A stretch of 64,000 nucleotides of DNA from Vicinamibacterales bacterium (GTDB lineage Bacteria; Acidobacteriota; Vicinamibacteria; Vicinamibacterales; UBA8438): positions 2,690,701-2,754,700 of the forward strand of contig CBDEVO010000003.1 in assembly GCA_965243615.1 (NCBI GenBank), read 5' to 3'. How positions within the stretch are numbered: the stretch's first letter is position 1; the number at the start of each line of letters is the position of its first letter. Shown here one piece after another: positions 9,204-17,900 of this stretch. The position numbers and the translations under genes are program-made. The notes below the pieces were generated by a model that saw only the letters and a list, made by a program, of their open reading frames with translations, made no database searches and was not told the DNA's origin.

Positions 9204-9821
9204 TTACAGGTTTTTCTTGTCGGACCGGCCGGCCTCGGCGCCCGCGAGTCGGTGCAGGAGCCGCGGGCGGAGTAGCTTGTGGGCTCGATGCAGCCGGACC
9301 GCGACGTTCTGGGTGGAAATGTGCAAGCGGCGGGCGACCTCCCGCGGCGGGCGGTGCTCGATGTCCCGGAGCCGCACCACCTCGCGGAACGTGGGCGGCA
9401 ACTCGTCGATCACTTCCAGCAGCAGGCGGGTCAGCTCGTGGGCGTACACCGAGGCCTCGGGCGACTCCCACACGGTCCGAGCCGACGGCGTTTGCTCCGC
9501 GAGCGAATCCGCCTCGCCGTTTGCCGCGGATAGCGGCGACTCGCGCCGCTGCGCGGCCACGCCGTGCACCGCTTCATGGCGCACAATCGCCCCGACCCAC
9601 CCGCAGGCGGGAGACCCGCCGCGGTATTGGTGGAGCTTCTCCAGCACGATGATCCAGCTCTGTTGCAGGGCGTCGTGCGCGATGTCGTCGTCGCCCGCGA
9701 CGCGCCGGGCGAGCGGCAGGAACCGGCACGTACAACAGCGGACCCATTGTTCGAGATCGCGCTCCAACAGGGGACACCGGACTGCATCCTCAAGCTTGGG
9801 ATTGTGAGGGCGCCTGACCAT
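9204..9821 (-). CDS. ECF-type RNA polymerase sigma-70 family factor
   Basis: Region 2: DDDIAHDALQQSWIIVLEKL. Region 4: LPPTFREVVRLRDIEHRPPREVARRLHISTQNVAVRLHRAHKLLR. Start taken at ATG 9821 (MVRRPHN). Confidence 0.85.
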   Translation of the reverse strand: MVRRPHNPKLEDAVRCPLLERDLEQWVRCCTCRFLPLARRVAGDDDIAHDALQQSWIIVLEKLHQYRGGSPACGWVGAIVRHEAVHGVAAQRRESPLSAANGEADSLAEQTPSARTVWESPEASVYAHELTRLLLEVIDELPPTFREVVRLRDIEHRPPREVARRLHISTQNVAVRLHRAHKLLRPRLLHRLAGAEAGRSDKKNL

Positions 9822-10091
9822 GATCACGTTTCGCAGATCGTCAGCCGTCGTCGGAGCCGCCGGGGTCCCCACGCGCCCATTTCTGGCTCGGAGGTCGCCG
9901 GCTCGGTTGGTCCCACCGAAGAATACCACGCCGTCATGGACAACCACGGCCCCGAACGTACGTATTCTCAGCGCTCCTCGATGGGCGCCCCCGAAGCTGG
10001 TTCCCCCCAAGCGCTGCGGTTCAAGCGGCCTTGCCGCGCCGATGCCGAGCGCGAGTTCAGGGTTCCCGTCCTGGGCCCTAGTCATGGCGGT

Positions 10092-12758
10092 TCAGTCGGC
10101 GCGCAAGGTCCTGGCCAGCGGTGCCCGGAGGACGCGGCCGGCCGGCACGAGACACGCCCCGGCGGCGAGCCCGAGCATCACGAGGGCGGCGCCGCCGAGC
10201 ACCACGGGGTCGAGGGGGGCGACCCCGAACAGCAGCGCGTCGATGAACCGGGCGGCGCCGAGGGCCAGGACGAGGCCCGCGGCCAGACCCGCGGCGACCG
10301 GCCGCAGCCCCTGGGCGCACACGTGGCGGACGATGCCGCCCCGCGTGGCGCCGAGAGCCAGCCGGATGGCGAACTCGCGACGGCGGCGGACGACTCGCTG
10401 CGACACCGTGCCGAAGACGCCGAGGCAGACGAGCACGAGCCCGCCGACGGCGAAGCCGGCCGTCACCTGCAGCAGGAAACGCCGGACGGCGACGTTTGCC
10501 GCGAGGACATCGTCGAGCACCCGCACGTTGCTGGCGGGAAGCAGCGGGTCGAGGCCCCGCACGGACTCGCGCACCGCGGCGAGGGCCGTGGCGGTATCGG
10601 TTGCGCCGCGCGCGACCACAGTGACGGACTGCGGCGCGAGCTCCCAATACGGGAGGTAGGCGACGAGACCGGGGTCGACGTCGAGCCCGAGGATCCTTGC
10701 GTCGGCGACGACCCCGACTACTTGCTGCAAGGGGCGGTCCGGGATGGTTCCCCGCCGGAAGCGCCGGCCGATCGGATCCTCGCCGGGCCACAGGCGCGAC
10801 GCCGTCTGCGCGGTGACGACGGCGACCGGTCGACCGCGATCTTCGGCGGTGAAGAGACGGCCGCGGGCGAGCATCATCCCGAGGGCATCGAAGTAGCCCG
10901 GGCTGACCAGGCGGTAGTTGCCGGTGAAGCCGGCCAGCGCGGCCGGGTCCGTCGCCGTCTCGCCCGCCGGCACGAGGCTCTCGACGAACGCCTCGCCTTC
11001 CAGGGGCAGACGTTGCGTGATGCCCGCCGACGCGACGACGGGCGCACCTGCCAGCCGCGCGAGGAGGTCGTCGTAGAGGCGGGTGCGGCCCTCCGGGTCA
11101 TAGCGGGACGCGGGCGGATTCAGGTCGACGGCGACGACCGCGGTCGCGTCGAACCCTCGGTCGACCCCCACCACCCGCAGGAAGCTGGCCAGCAGCAGTC
11201 CTCCCGCCACCAGCAGCACCACGGTCAGCGTGACCTGGGCGCCGACGAGCAGATCGCCGAGCCTCTGCCCCGAACCGTCGCTCCCGGTCCGCGCGTCGGC
11301 CTTGAGGACTGCGGCCGGAGCGGTGCGGCTGGCTCGCCACGCTGGCGGCAGGCCGCAGCCGACCGCGCTGACCACGGCCGCGCCGCCGGCCAGCGCCAGC
11401 GCCAGCTCGTCGATACCGACTTCGCCGAGGCGCGGCACCTCGAGCGGCGCCACCGCGACCGCGAGACGCAGGCACGCGTGCGCAACCCCCACGCCGACGA
11501 CGCCGCCGAGCCCGGCGAGGAGGGCGCTCTCGGCCAGGACGTGCCGTACCAGGTCCGCGGCGCCGCCCCCGAGAGCACTCTGGACCGCGAGCTCGCGCTG
11601 CCGGCGCAGCCCGCGCGCCGACAGCAGGCTCGCCACGTTGACGCAAGCCACCAGCAACACCGTCCCGACCGCGGCCAGCAGCCACCCCAACGGGGCGCGC
11701 ACGTCGCCGGTGATCTGCAGGTCGAGGGGCGTGACGATGGGCGTGATGGTGAACGAGACCTCGCCGAAGGCCTCGCGGGTCAGCGCCGTCAGCTCCGGGC
11801 GCGCCTGCTCGGCCGAGATTCCCGGCGCCAGGCGAACGACCGTCGGGTAGTCGAACTCGCCGAACCGGCGCGCCTGCTCAGGCGTGTAGCGGAGCGGCCG
11901 GAAGATCTCCGGGGGGCCGCCGCCCCCCGTCGGGAAAGTCACGAGCCGATCCAGGTCGGGAAGCCAGAGCGACTCGGGAAGCACCCCGATCACCTCGACC
12001 CGCTCGTCGTCCAGCGTGAGCACCTGCCCGACGATGCGGGCGTCGCCGCCGAACGCCCCCTGCCAGAGGTCGTGCGTGAGAATCGCGACGTCGGGCCCGC
12101 CGACCACGGCGTCGGCGGCCTGGAACCCCCGGCCGACGGCGGGCGCCAGGCCGAGCAGGTCGAAGAAATCCGCTGTCACCTGCGCGCTCCGCAGATCCCG
12201 GGGCTCGCCCGCATCGGTCAGGGTCGACCGGGACGGACGGGCCGCCGCGACCCCGGTGCAGACGTCCCGGCACGCGGCCCAGGCCTCGATCGCCCGCAGG
12301 CTGGCGGGGAACGCGGGGAACCGATCCTCCATCTCCCGGACGTGGATCTGCACGGTGACGAGCTGCCCCGGATCACGGAACGGCAGTGGCGACAGCAGCA
12401 CGCCGTGGACGAGGGAGAAGACCGCGGTGGACGCCCCGATGCCCAGCCCGAGCACCACGACCACGACGGCGGTGAACCCCGGGCTGCGGTGCAGCGCCCG
12501 CGCCACGTGGCGCAGGTCTCGGCCGAGGCCGTCGAGCCAGCGCCACCCCCAGACGGCCCGCGTGTCCTCGCGGATGAGGGCAGGGTTCCCGAGCCGGCGG
12601 CGGGCGGCGCGGTCCGCGGCCTCGGGGGCGACGCCGGCGTCGATCAACCGCTCGCGCTCGAGCTCCAGGTGCAGGCGCATCTCCTGTTCGAGGTCGTCAC
12701 CGGCCCGGCGGCGGCCGAGGTAGGGAACGATGCGGAAGAGCCAGTCCGGCCACGACAT
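10092..12758 (-). CDS. ADOP-family duplicated FtsX/MacB-like ABC permease (copy 1)
   Basis: Prefix MSWPDWLFRIVPYLGRRRAGDDLEQEMRLHLELE..., then RDLRHVARALHRSPGFTAVVVVVLGLGIGASTAVFS. Two FtsX-type 4-TM modules. 888 aa. Confidence 0.9.
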   Translation of the reverse strand: MSWPDWLFRIVPYLGRRRAGDDLEQEMRLHLELERERLIDAGVAPEAADRAARRRLGNPALIREDTRAVWGWRWLDGLGRDLRHVARALHRSPGFTAVVVVVLGLGIGASTAVFSLVHGVLLSPLPFRDPGQLVTVQIHVREMEDRFPAFPASLRAIEAWAACRDVCTGVAAARPSRSTLTDAGEPRDLRSAQVTADFFDLLGLAPAVGRGFQAADAVVGGPDVAILTHDLWQGAFGGDARIVGQVLTLDDERVEVIGVLPESLWLPDLDRLVTFPTGGGGPPEIFRPLRYTPEQARRFGEFDYPTVVRLAPGISAEQARPELTALTREAFGEVSFTITPIVTPLDLQITGDVRAPLGWLLAAVGTVLLVACVNVASLLSARGLRRQRELAVQSALGGGAADLVRHVLAESALLAGLGGVVGVGVAHACLRLAVAVAPLEVPRLGEVGIDELALALAGGAAVVSAVGCGLPPAWRASRTAPAAVLKADARTGSDGSGQRLGDLLVGAQVTLTVVLLVAGGLLLASFLRVVGVDRGFDATAVVAVDLNPPASRYDPEGRTRLYDDLLARLAGAPVVASAGITQRLPLEGEAFVESLVPAGETATDPAALAGFTGNYRLVSPGYFDALGMMLARGRLFTAEDRGRPVAVVTAQTASRLWPGEDPIGRRFRRGTIPDRPLQQVVGVVADARILGLDVDPGLVAYLPYWELAPQSVTVVARGATDTATALAAVRESVRGLDPLLPASNVRVLDDVLAANVAVRRFLLQVTAGFAVGGLVLVCLGVFGTVSQRVVRRRREFAIRLALGATRGGIVRHVCAQGLRPVAAGLAAGLVLALGAARFIDALLFGVAPLDPVVLGGAALVMLGLAAGACLVPAGRVLRAPLARTLRAD

Positions 12759-13093
12759 GGGTCACCTCCAGCAGACTTGCCATTCCGTGAACGTCACTCA
12801 GGTAGAGTGTCAACCCTAGAGACGTAACGACGTGTCCAGCGGTTCCGTGGAGACTCGGGCCTCCGTTTCCGGCCCGTCCTCCGGCGCGGCGGTCACGTTG
12901 CGGCAGGTCTTCCTGCAAGGATAATGGCCCGGTCGCCTGACGTCCGGTACCCGTATATTCGACCCTGATTGAGCAACGGTCGCCCTCCCCGATGCAGGCT
13001 GTCGGACGTATGCGTGTATGTACCGAAATGGATCAAGACCACGAGGTTCCAGTAAAGTGCATGTTCGTCTTGGGAGGCGGTATACTTTCCGAT

Positions 13094-14116
13094 ATGACCA
13101 CCATCGACTTCGCGGAGGCGGTCCGGCGGCGGCTCGCGGAGAGAGGACAATCCCGGTACCGGGCCGCCGTCAACAGCGGCCTGCCGCAAGACGCGATCCG
13201 GTCGGTCCTGAACGGGCACGTCCCCCGCCTGAACCGCGCCGAGCAGATCTGCCGAGCCCTCGGCATGGAGCTCTACATCGGTCCGTCGCGGGATGTTCAG
13301 GTCGAGGCCGATGGCGGAGAACCGTCCCGCCCGCTGACTCGCTTCGACCCGAGCGTCCAACTGCCGGTGCGGGTGTTGTCGCAGCCGTCGCCGGGGGTCC
13401 ACCTGACGGAGAGCGAAGAGGCCGATCGGACGAGGCCGGCGCCGGTGGATCTGGACGACCCCCAGGCGTTCTACGTGAGCTGCCACGGCGACTCGATGGT
13501 CCCGGCCGGCATCCGGTCGGCGGACTTCTGCCTCGTCTCTCCGTGCGCGAAGCTCGAACCCGGTCAGCGGATCTGGCTGCGGGACCGGCAGGGGCGCGAA
13601 GGACTGCGGTGGCTGATCAGGCTGACGGCGGCCACCTACGAGGTGGCCCCCTGGGAAACGCCCAAGCCGAACGGCCACCAGGATCTGGTCCCCGAGCGGT
13701 GGGAGCGCAAGAACGTCGACGACCGCGGCGTCGTCCTGGCGGTGTACCGCGGTTGGCTCGTTCCGTCGGACCCGGTGTACCGGCTTCCCGACTGGCGCCC
13801 CGGCCCGCTCACCGGTTTGTGGCGGGCGCTGCTCGACGAGGAGCCGGACCTCCAGGCCGCGGTGGCCGAGCATCTCGAAGAAACGACCTCCTCCTTCAAC
13901 CGGCGGATCACGGGCTGGCTCAAGCACGGTTCGGTCCGGCGCTCCGACATGCAGGATCTCCTGCAGCAGGTCGAGGACGTGAAGCAGTTGGCGCAGTTGC
14001 TGTCCCGGCAATCGGCGGCGTCCCGCAACGAGTCCGGAGCGCGTGGCGAAGAAGCTGACCGGCCCGCCGACGGGCGCGGGGGCGAGGGAGCAGTGACGGA
14101 TCCCGCCCTCGCGTGA
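13094..14116 (+). CDS. CI/LexA-like repressor: XRE HTH + S24 peptidase domain + ~110-aa C-terminal extension
   Basis: HTH: AEAVRRRLAERGQSRYRAAVNSGLPQDAIRSVLNG. S24 core: FYVSCHGDSMVPAGI..GQRIWLRDRQG..RGVVLAVY. Extra helical, acidic tail after residue ~235. Confidence 0.8.
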   Translation: MTTIDFAEAVRRRLAERGQSRYRAAVNSGLPQDAIRSVLNGHVPRLNRAEQICRALGMELYIGPSRDVQVEADGGEPSRPLTRFDPSVQLPVRVLSQPSPGVHLTESEEADRTRPAPVDLDDPQAFYVSCHGDSMVPAGIRSADFCLVSPCAKLEPGQRIWLRDRQGREGLRWLIRLTAATYEVAPWETPKPNGHQDLVPERWERKNVDDRGVVLAVYRGWLVPSDPVYRLPDWRPGPLTGLWRALLDEEPDLQAAVAEHLEETTSSFNRRITGWLKHGSVRRSDMQDLLQQVEDVKQLAQLLSRQSAASRNESGARGEEADRPADGRGGEGAVTDPALA

Positions 14117-14262
14117 CGGCGCCCGCCGGCCGATCTTCGTCCTCGACGACCTGCCCTTTCGCTCACTTCCCACCACCGGCTCGACACTGACCCACCTCAC
14201 GAACGGACGCCTGCCGGGCGGCAGTCGGCGGCCGCCCGGCGCCACGGGCGCACGAGTCGCCA

Positions 14263-14793
14263 TCATTCATCGGGCGGCTCCTGCGCATTGACGCGGTCGA
14301 GCATCGCGCCGATCACGGAGGTCGCCTTCGCCTTGCCGAGCTTCTCCAGCGCGGGCTCGTCGGGGTCGACGCCGAACTCCCGCGCGAACTGCGGATGCTC
14401 CTCGACCAGCTTGGCCAACAGCTTCTTCTGCCGGGCGGTGATCGGAGCCGGCCGCGCGGCTGCCGTCTCGGCCTTGTCTGCGTCGTTGGGGTCGGCGGAC
14501 GGCTCGGCATCGAGACCGAAGAGGGCGCGGTCGTCGGGCCGCTTCAGGGCCCGGATCTGCTCGTCCAGCCAGCCGAGGCTGATGTCGGTCCGCGACGTCT
14601 GCGCCGCCCGGACGATGGCCCCGACGATGATCTTGCGCCGGGTCTCCCGCCTGCGCTCGGTCTTCGCCTCGTCCGTCTGGAGCCGGCGCAGTCGATCCGC
14701 GAGGAGCCTGTCGGCGTCCCTCGTTTTGGCCGCCAACTCCTGCCGCCGCTCCTTGAGCTTCACGATCCGGGTAGCACGTCTTGACGTCTGCAT
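14263..14793 (-). CDS. Relaxosome accessory protein (MobC-position; DTRRKI-type motif as in small TraD/MobC proteins)
   Basis: ..KTERRRETRRKIIVGAIV.. motif. Transcribed divergently from the relaxase across the oriT region. Confidence 0.65.
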   Translation of the reverse strand: MQTSRRATRIVKLKERRQELAAKTRDADRLLADRLRRLQTDEAKTERRRETRRKIIVGAIVRAAQTSRTDISLGWLDEQIRALKRPDDRALFGLDAEPSADPNDADKAETAAARPAPITARQKKLLAKLVEEHPQFAREFGVDPDEPALEKLGKAKATSVIGAMLDRVNAQEPPDE

Positions 14794-14906
14794 GACTCAG
14801 GTATGTATCATGAATCCAGGCGATAGAAAAATGGAGCAAATCAACAAAACCAGACAAGAATCCCCCGGACTCCACGGCACAAACTGAAGGAAACCCCGAA
14901 ACCCGA

Positions 14907-14940
14907 AGGGCGCACTTACCGGTTTCGCTGCGCGAAACCG
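14907..14940 (-). promoter_or_regulatory. oriT core, RSF1010/R1162 (MOBQ) type: 9-bp inverted repeat plus nic region
   Basis: Minus strand reads CGGTTTCGC gca GCGAAACCG GTAAGTGCGCCCT. AAACCGGTAAGTGCGCCCT matches the RSF1010 oriT core as I recall it. It lies between divergent mobC-like and mobA-like genes. Confidence 0.75.
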
Positions 14941-14979
14941 ACGTGCGACGAGAGCCTTCGGCCCGAAGAGCACGACGCC

Positions 14980-17900
14980 ATGTATTGCCACGTCAACGTG
15001 AGCACGGGCAGCCGCGGCACGGGCCAGTCGGCGGCGGCGAAGTACGACTACATCAGCCGCGAGGGCAAGTACGAGGCGGCCTGTCAGGACGAGGTGGTGC
15101 ACCTCGAGTCGGGCTGCATGCCGTCGTTCGCGTCGTCGGACGCGCGGCTGTACTGGGCGGCGGCCGACGTGCACGAGCGGAGCAACGGGCGGCTGTTCCG
15201 CTCGCTGACGGCGGCGCTGCCCAACTCGCTGGACTCTGCCGATCGGCTCGAACTGGCGCGGAGCTTCGCGGCGCACGTGACGGGGGGCGAGCTGCCGTAC
15301 ACGCTGGCGGTGCACGCCGGCGACTCGAAGAAGGCGGGGGTGGCGGACAACCCGCACCTGCACCTGGTGTTCTCGGAGCGGGTGAACGACGGGGTGGAGC
15401 GCGGGGCGGAGCAGTGGTTCCGGCGGGCGGCGCCGAAGAAGGGCGATCCGGCGTCGGGGGGCGCGAGGAAGACGGAGCGGACGAAGCCGCGGGCGTGGCT
15501 GGAGGAGACGCGACAGGCGTGGGCGGGGGAGATGAACCTGGCGTTCGAGCGGGCCGGCGTGGACGACCGGGTGACGTCGGAGAGCCACGCCACGCAACTG
15601 GCGCGGGCGCGCGCGGCCGGCGACGCGGCGGAGGAGGTGCGTCTTCTGCTGAACCCGCCGTCGTTGCACATCGGCCCGCCGGCGAAGCACAGCTGGGAGG
15701 ACCGGCCGGGGAGGGCGCAGGAGCTGAAGCCGGATCGGTATGCGGCGGCCGAGGCGGCGGCGGCTTCCGCCGAGGAGGTCCGTTCGGCGCACGCGCCGGA
15801 CGTGGCGGAAGTGGCCGAGGCGAGGTCGCGGGTCGCGGTGCTCGACGCGCGTATCGCGGCGCTGGAGGCGGAGGCGGCGACCGGCGAACGGCGGGCCGGG
15901 CTGGCCGCCCGCGAGGAGTCGGTGCGGGCGACGTCGGCGGGCGGGCAGTGGCTGGACGAGGCGCACCGGTCGGTTCTCGCCCGCGCCGGCGGCCGCCTGA
16001 CGCCGGGCGAGAGGGAACGCGCCGTGGAGACGGTGGAAGGCCGTCTCCGCGCGGACCTCGCCGCCCGCGAGGAGTCGCTCATGGCGACGTCGACCGGTTC
16101 GACGTTGCTGAGGGAGGAGTACGGGGAGGCCGTCGCTTTGGCGGCGGCGGCGCAGAGCTTCGCGAAGCGGGAATCCGTTCTGGAACGGGTCGCGCAACGG
16201 GTCGGCGAGGAGCTGTCGGCTCGCGAGGAAGCGCTCCGGTCGATCCCGCTGGGCCGGCAGCATCTGTCGGCGGCGGAACAAGCTCGGGCCGTCGGGCCAG
16301 CGGGGCCGCCACTGGCCGAGCGCGAGTCGGTGGTCCGAGCGGCGGAGCAGCGGGTGGGGGAAGAGCTCGACCGACGCGAGGAACGGGTCCTCGCGGCCAC
16401 GGGCGACGACCGGCTGCTGGCCGGGGCGGCCGAAGAGCTGACGGAGCGCGGAGCGGTCTCGGGCGACGGCGGCTTCGCGGAGCGGGCGCTGATCATCGAC
16501 CGGGCGGAGGACCTGCTCGAGGCGGAGCGCGCCGAGTTCGGGCTCAAGGAAGCGGATCTGCGGAAGGACGCGGCCGGCGAGGAGTTTCTCCGCGACGCCC
16601 GGGGCGATGTCCTCGGCGCCGCCGACCGGGAGCCGGATACGCTCGCCGACGACCGGGCCGTCATCGACCGGGCGGCCGCGGCGAAGGCCCGCGTCGAGGC
16701 GCTCGGCATCGGGGGCATGGACCTGTACCACGCCCACCTGGCGGACATCGATCCGAAGTGGGGCGTGGACGGGAACGCCGCGACGACGCGCGCGAACCAG
16801 GATGCGGCGCTGAGCGCGGCGGAGTCGGACGTCGCGCGCCTCGGGCGCCTTCGCGCCGTGCTGTCGGACGAGGCCGCCGCCGCCCGCTACCGCGAGGTCC
16901 TCGGCGACAGTCCGGGGCGGTTCGACACGGCGGTCCTCGACAAGGCCCTCGCGGCGGGCGAGCGGGAGCGGGAGGAACGCGCGGCGACGGCGTGGGCCGG
17001 GCTGGCCGCCCGCGAGGAGTCGGTGCGGGCGACCTCGGCGGGCGGGCAGTGGCTGGACGAGGCGCACCAGTCGGTCCTTGCCGACGCCAGCGGCCGTCTG
17101 GCGCTGGGCGAGAGGGAACGCGCCGTGGAGACGGTGGAAGGCCGTCTCCGCGTGGACCTCGCCGCCCGCGAGGCGTCGCTCATGGCGACGTCGACCGGCT
17201 CGACGTTGCTGAGGGAGGAGTACGGGGAGGGCGTCGCCGCGGCGGCGGCGCAGAGCTTCGCGGAGCGGGAATCCGTTCTGGACCGGGTCGCGCAACGGGT
17301 CGACGAGGAGCTGGGGGCTCGCGAGGAAGCGCTCCGGTCGATCCCGCCGGGCCGGCGGCATCTGTCGGCGGCGGAGCAGGCTCGGGCCGGCGGTGCTGCG
17401 GCGGCGCCGCCGACCCCGGCCGAGCGCGAGTCGATGGTCCGCGCGGCGGAGCAGCGGGTGAGGGAGGATCTCGACCGGCGCGAGGAACGGGTCCTCGCGG
17501 CCACGGGCGACGACCGGCTGCTGGCCGAGGCGGCCGAAGAGCTGGCGGAGCGCGGCGCGGTCTTCGGCGACGGCGGCATCGAGGAGCAGGCGCTGATCAT
17601 CGACCGGGCGGAGGACCTGCTCGAGGGGGAGCGCGCCGGGCTCGAGCTCGAGGAAGGCAAGCTGTTGAAGGCCGCCGCCGGCGAGGAGCTTCTCCGCAAC
17701 GCCCGGCGCGACGTCCTCGGCGACGACGACCGGGATGCGGAGACGCTCGTCGACGGCTGGGCCGTCATCGACCAGGCGTCCGCGGCGAAGGCCCGCGTCG
17801 AGGCGCTCGGCACCGGGGGCCTGGACCTGTACCACGCCCACCTGGCGGACATCGATCCGAAGTGGGGCGTGGACGGGAACGCCACGACGACGCGCGGGAA

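Noticed and set aside
9822-10085. Upstream extension of the ECF sigma ORF (MTRAQDG...), containing a propeller-like peptide FGAVVVHDGVVFFGGTNRAGDL
   Set aside because: It has no start context and sigma region 2 begins after M at 9821. The peptide may be a relic fragment, but it is too short to call.
9564-12827. 1087-aa plus-strand ORF opposite the ADOP permease, and similar long ORFs opposite the RND pump (27561-30266) and the LVIVD gene (58074-60935)
   Set aside because: These are antisense shadows of real genes in ~70% GC DNA. They have no motifs and extreme Arg/Gly/Asp/Pro composition.
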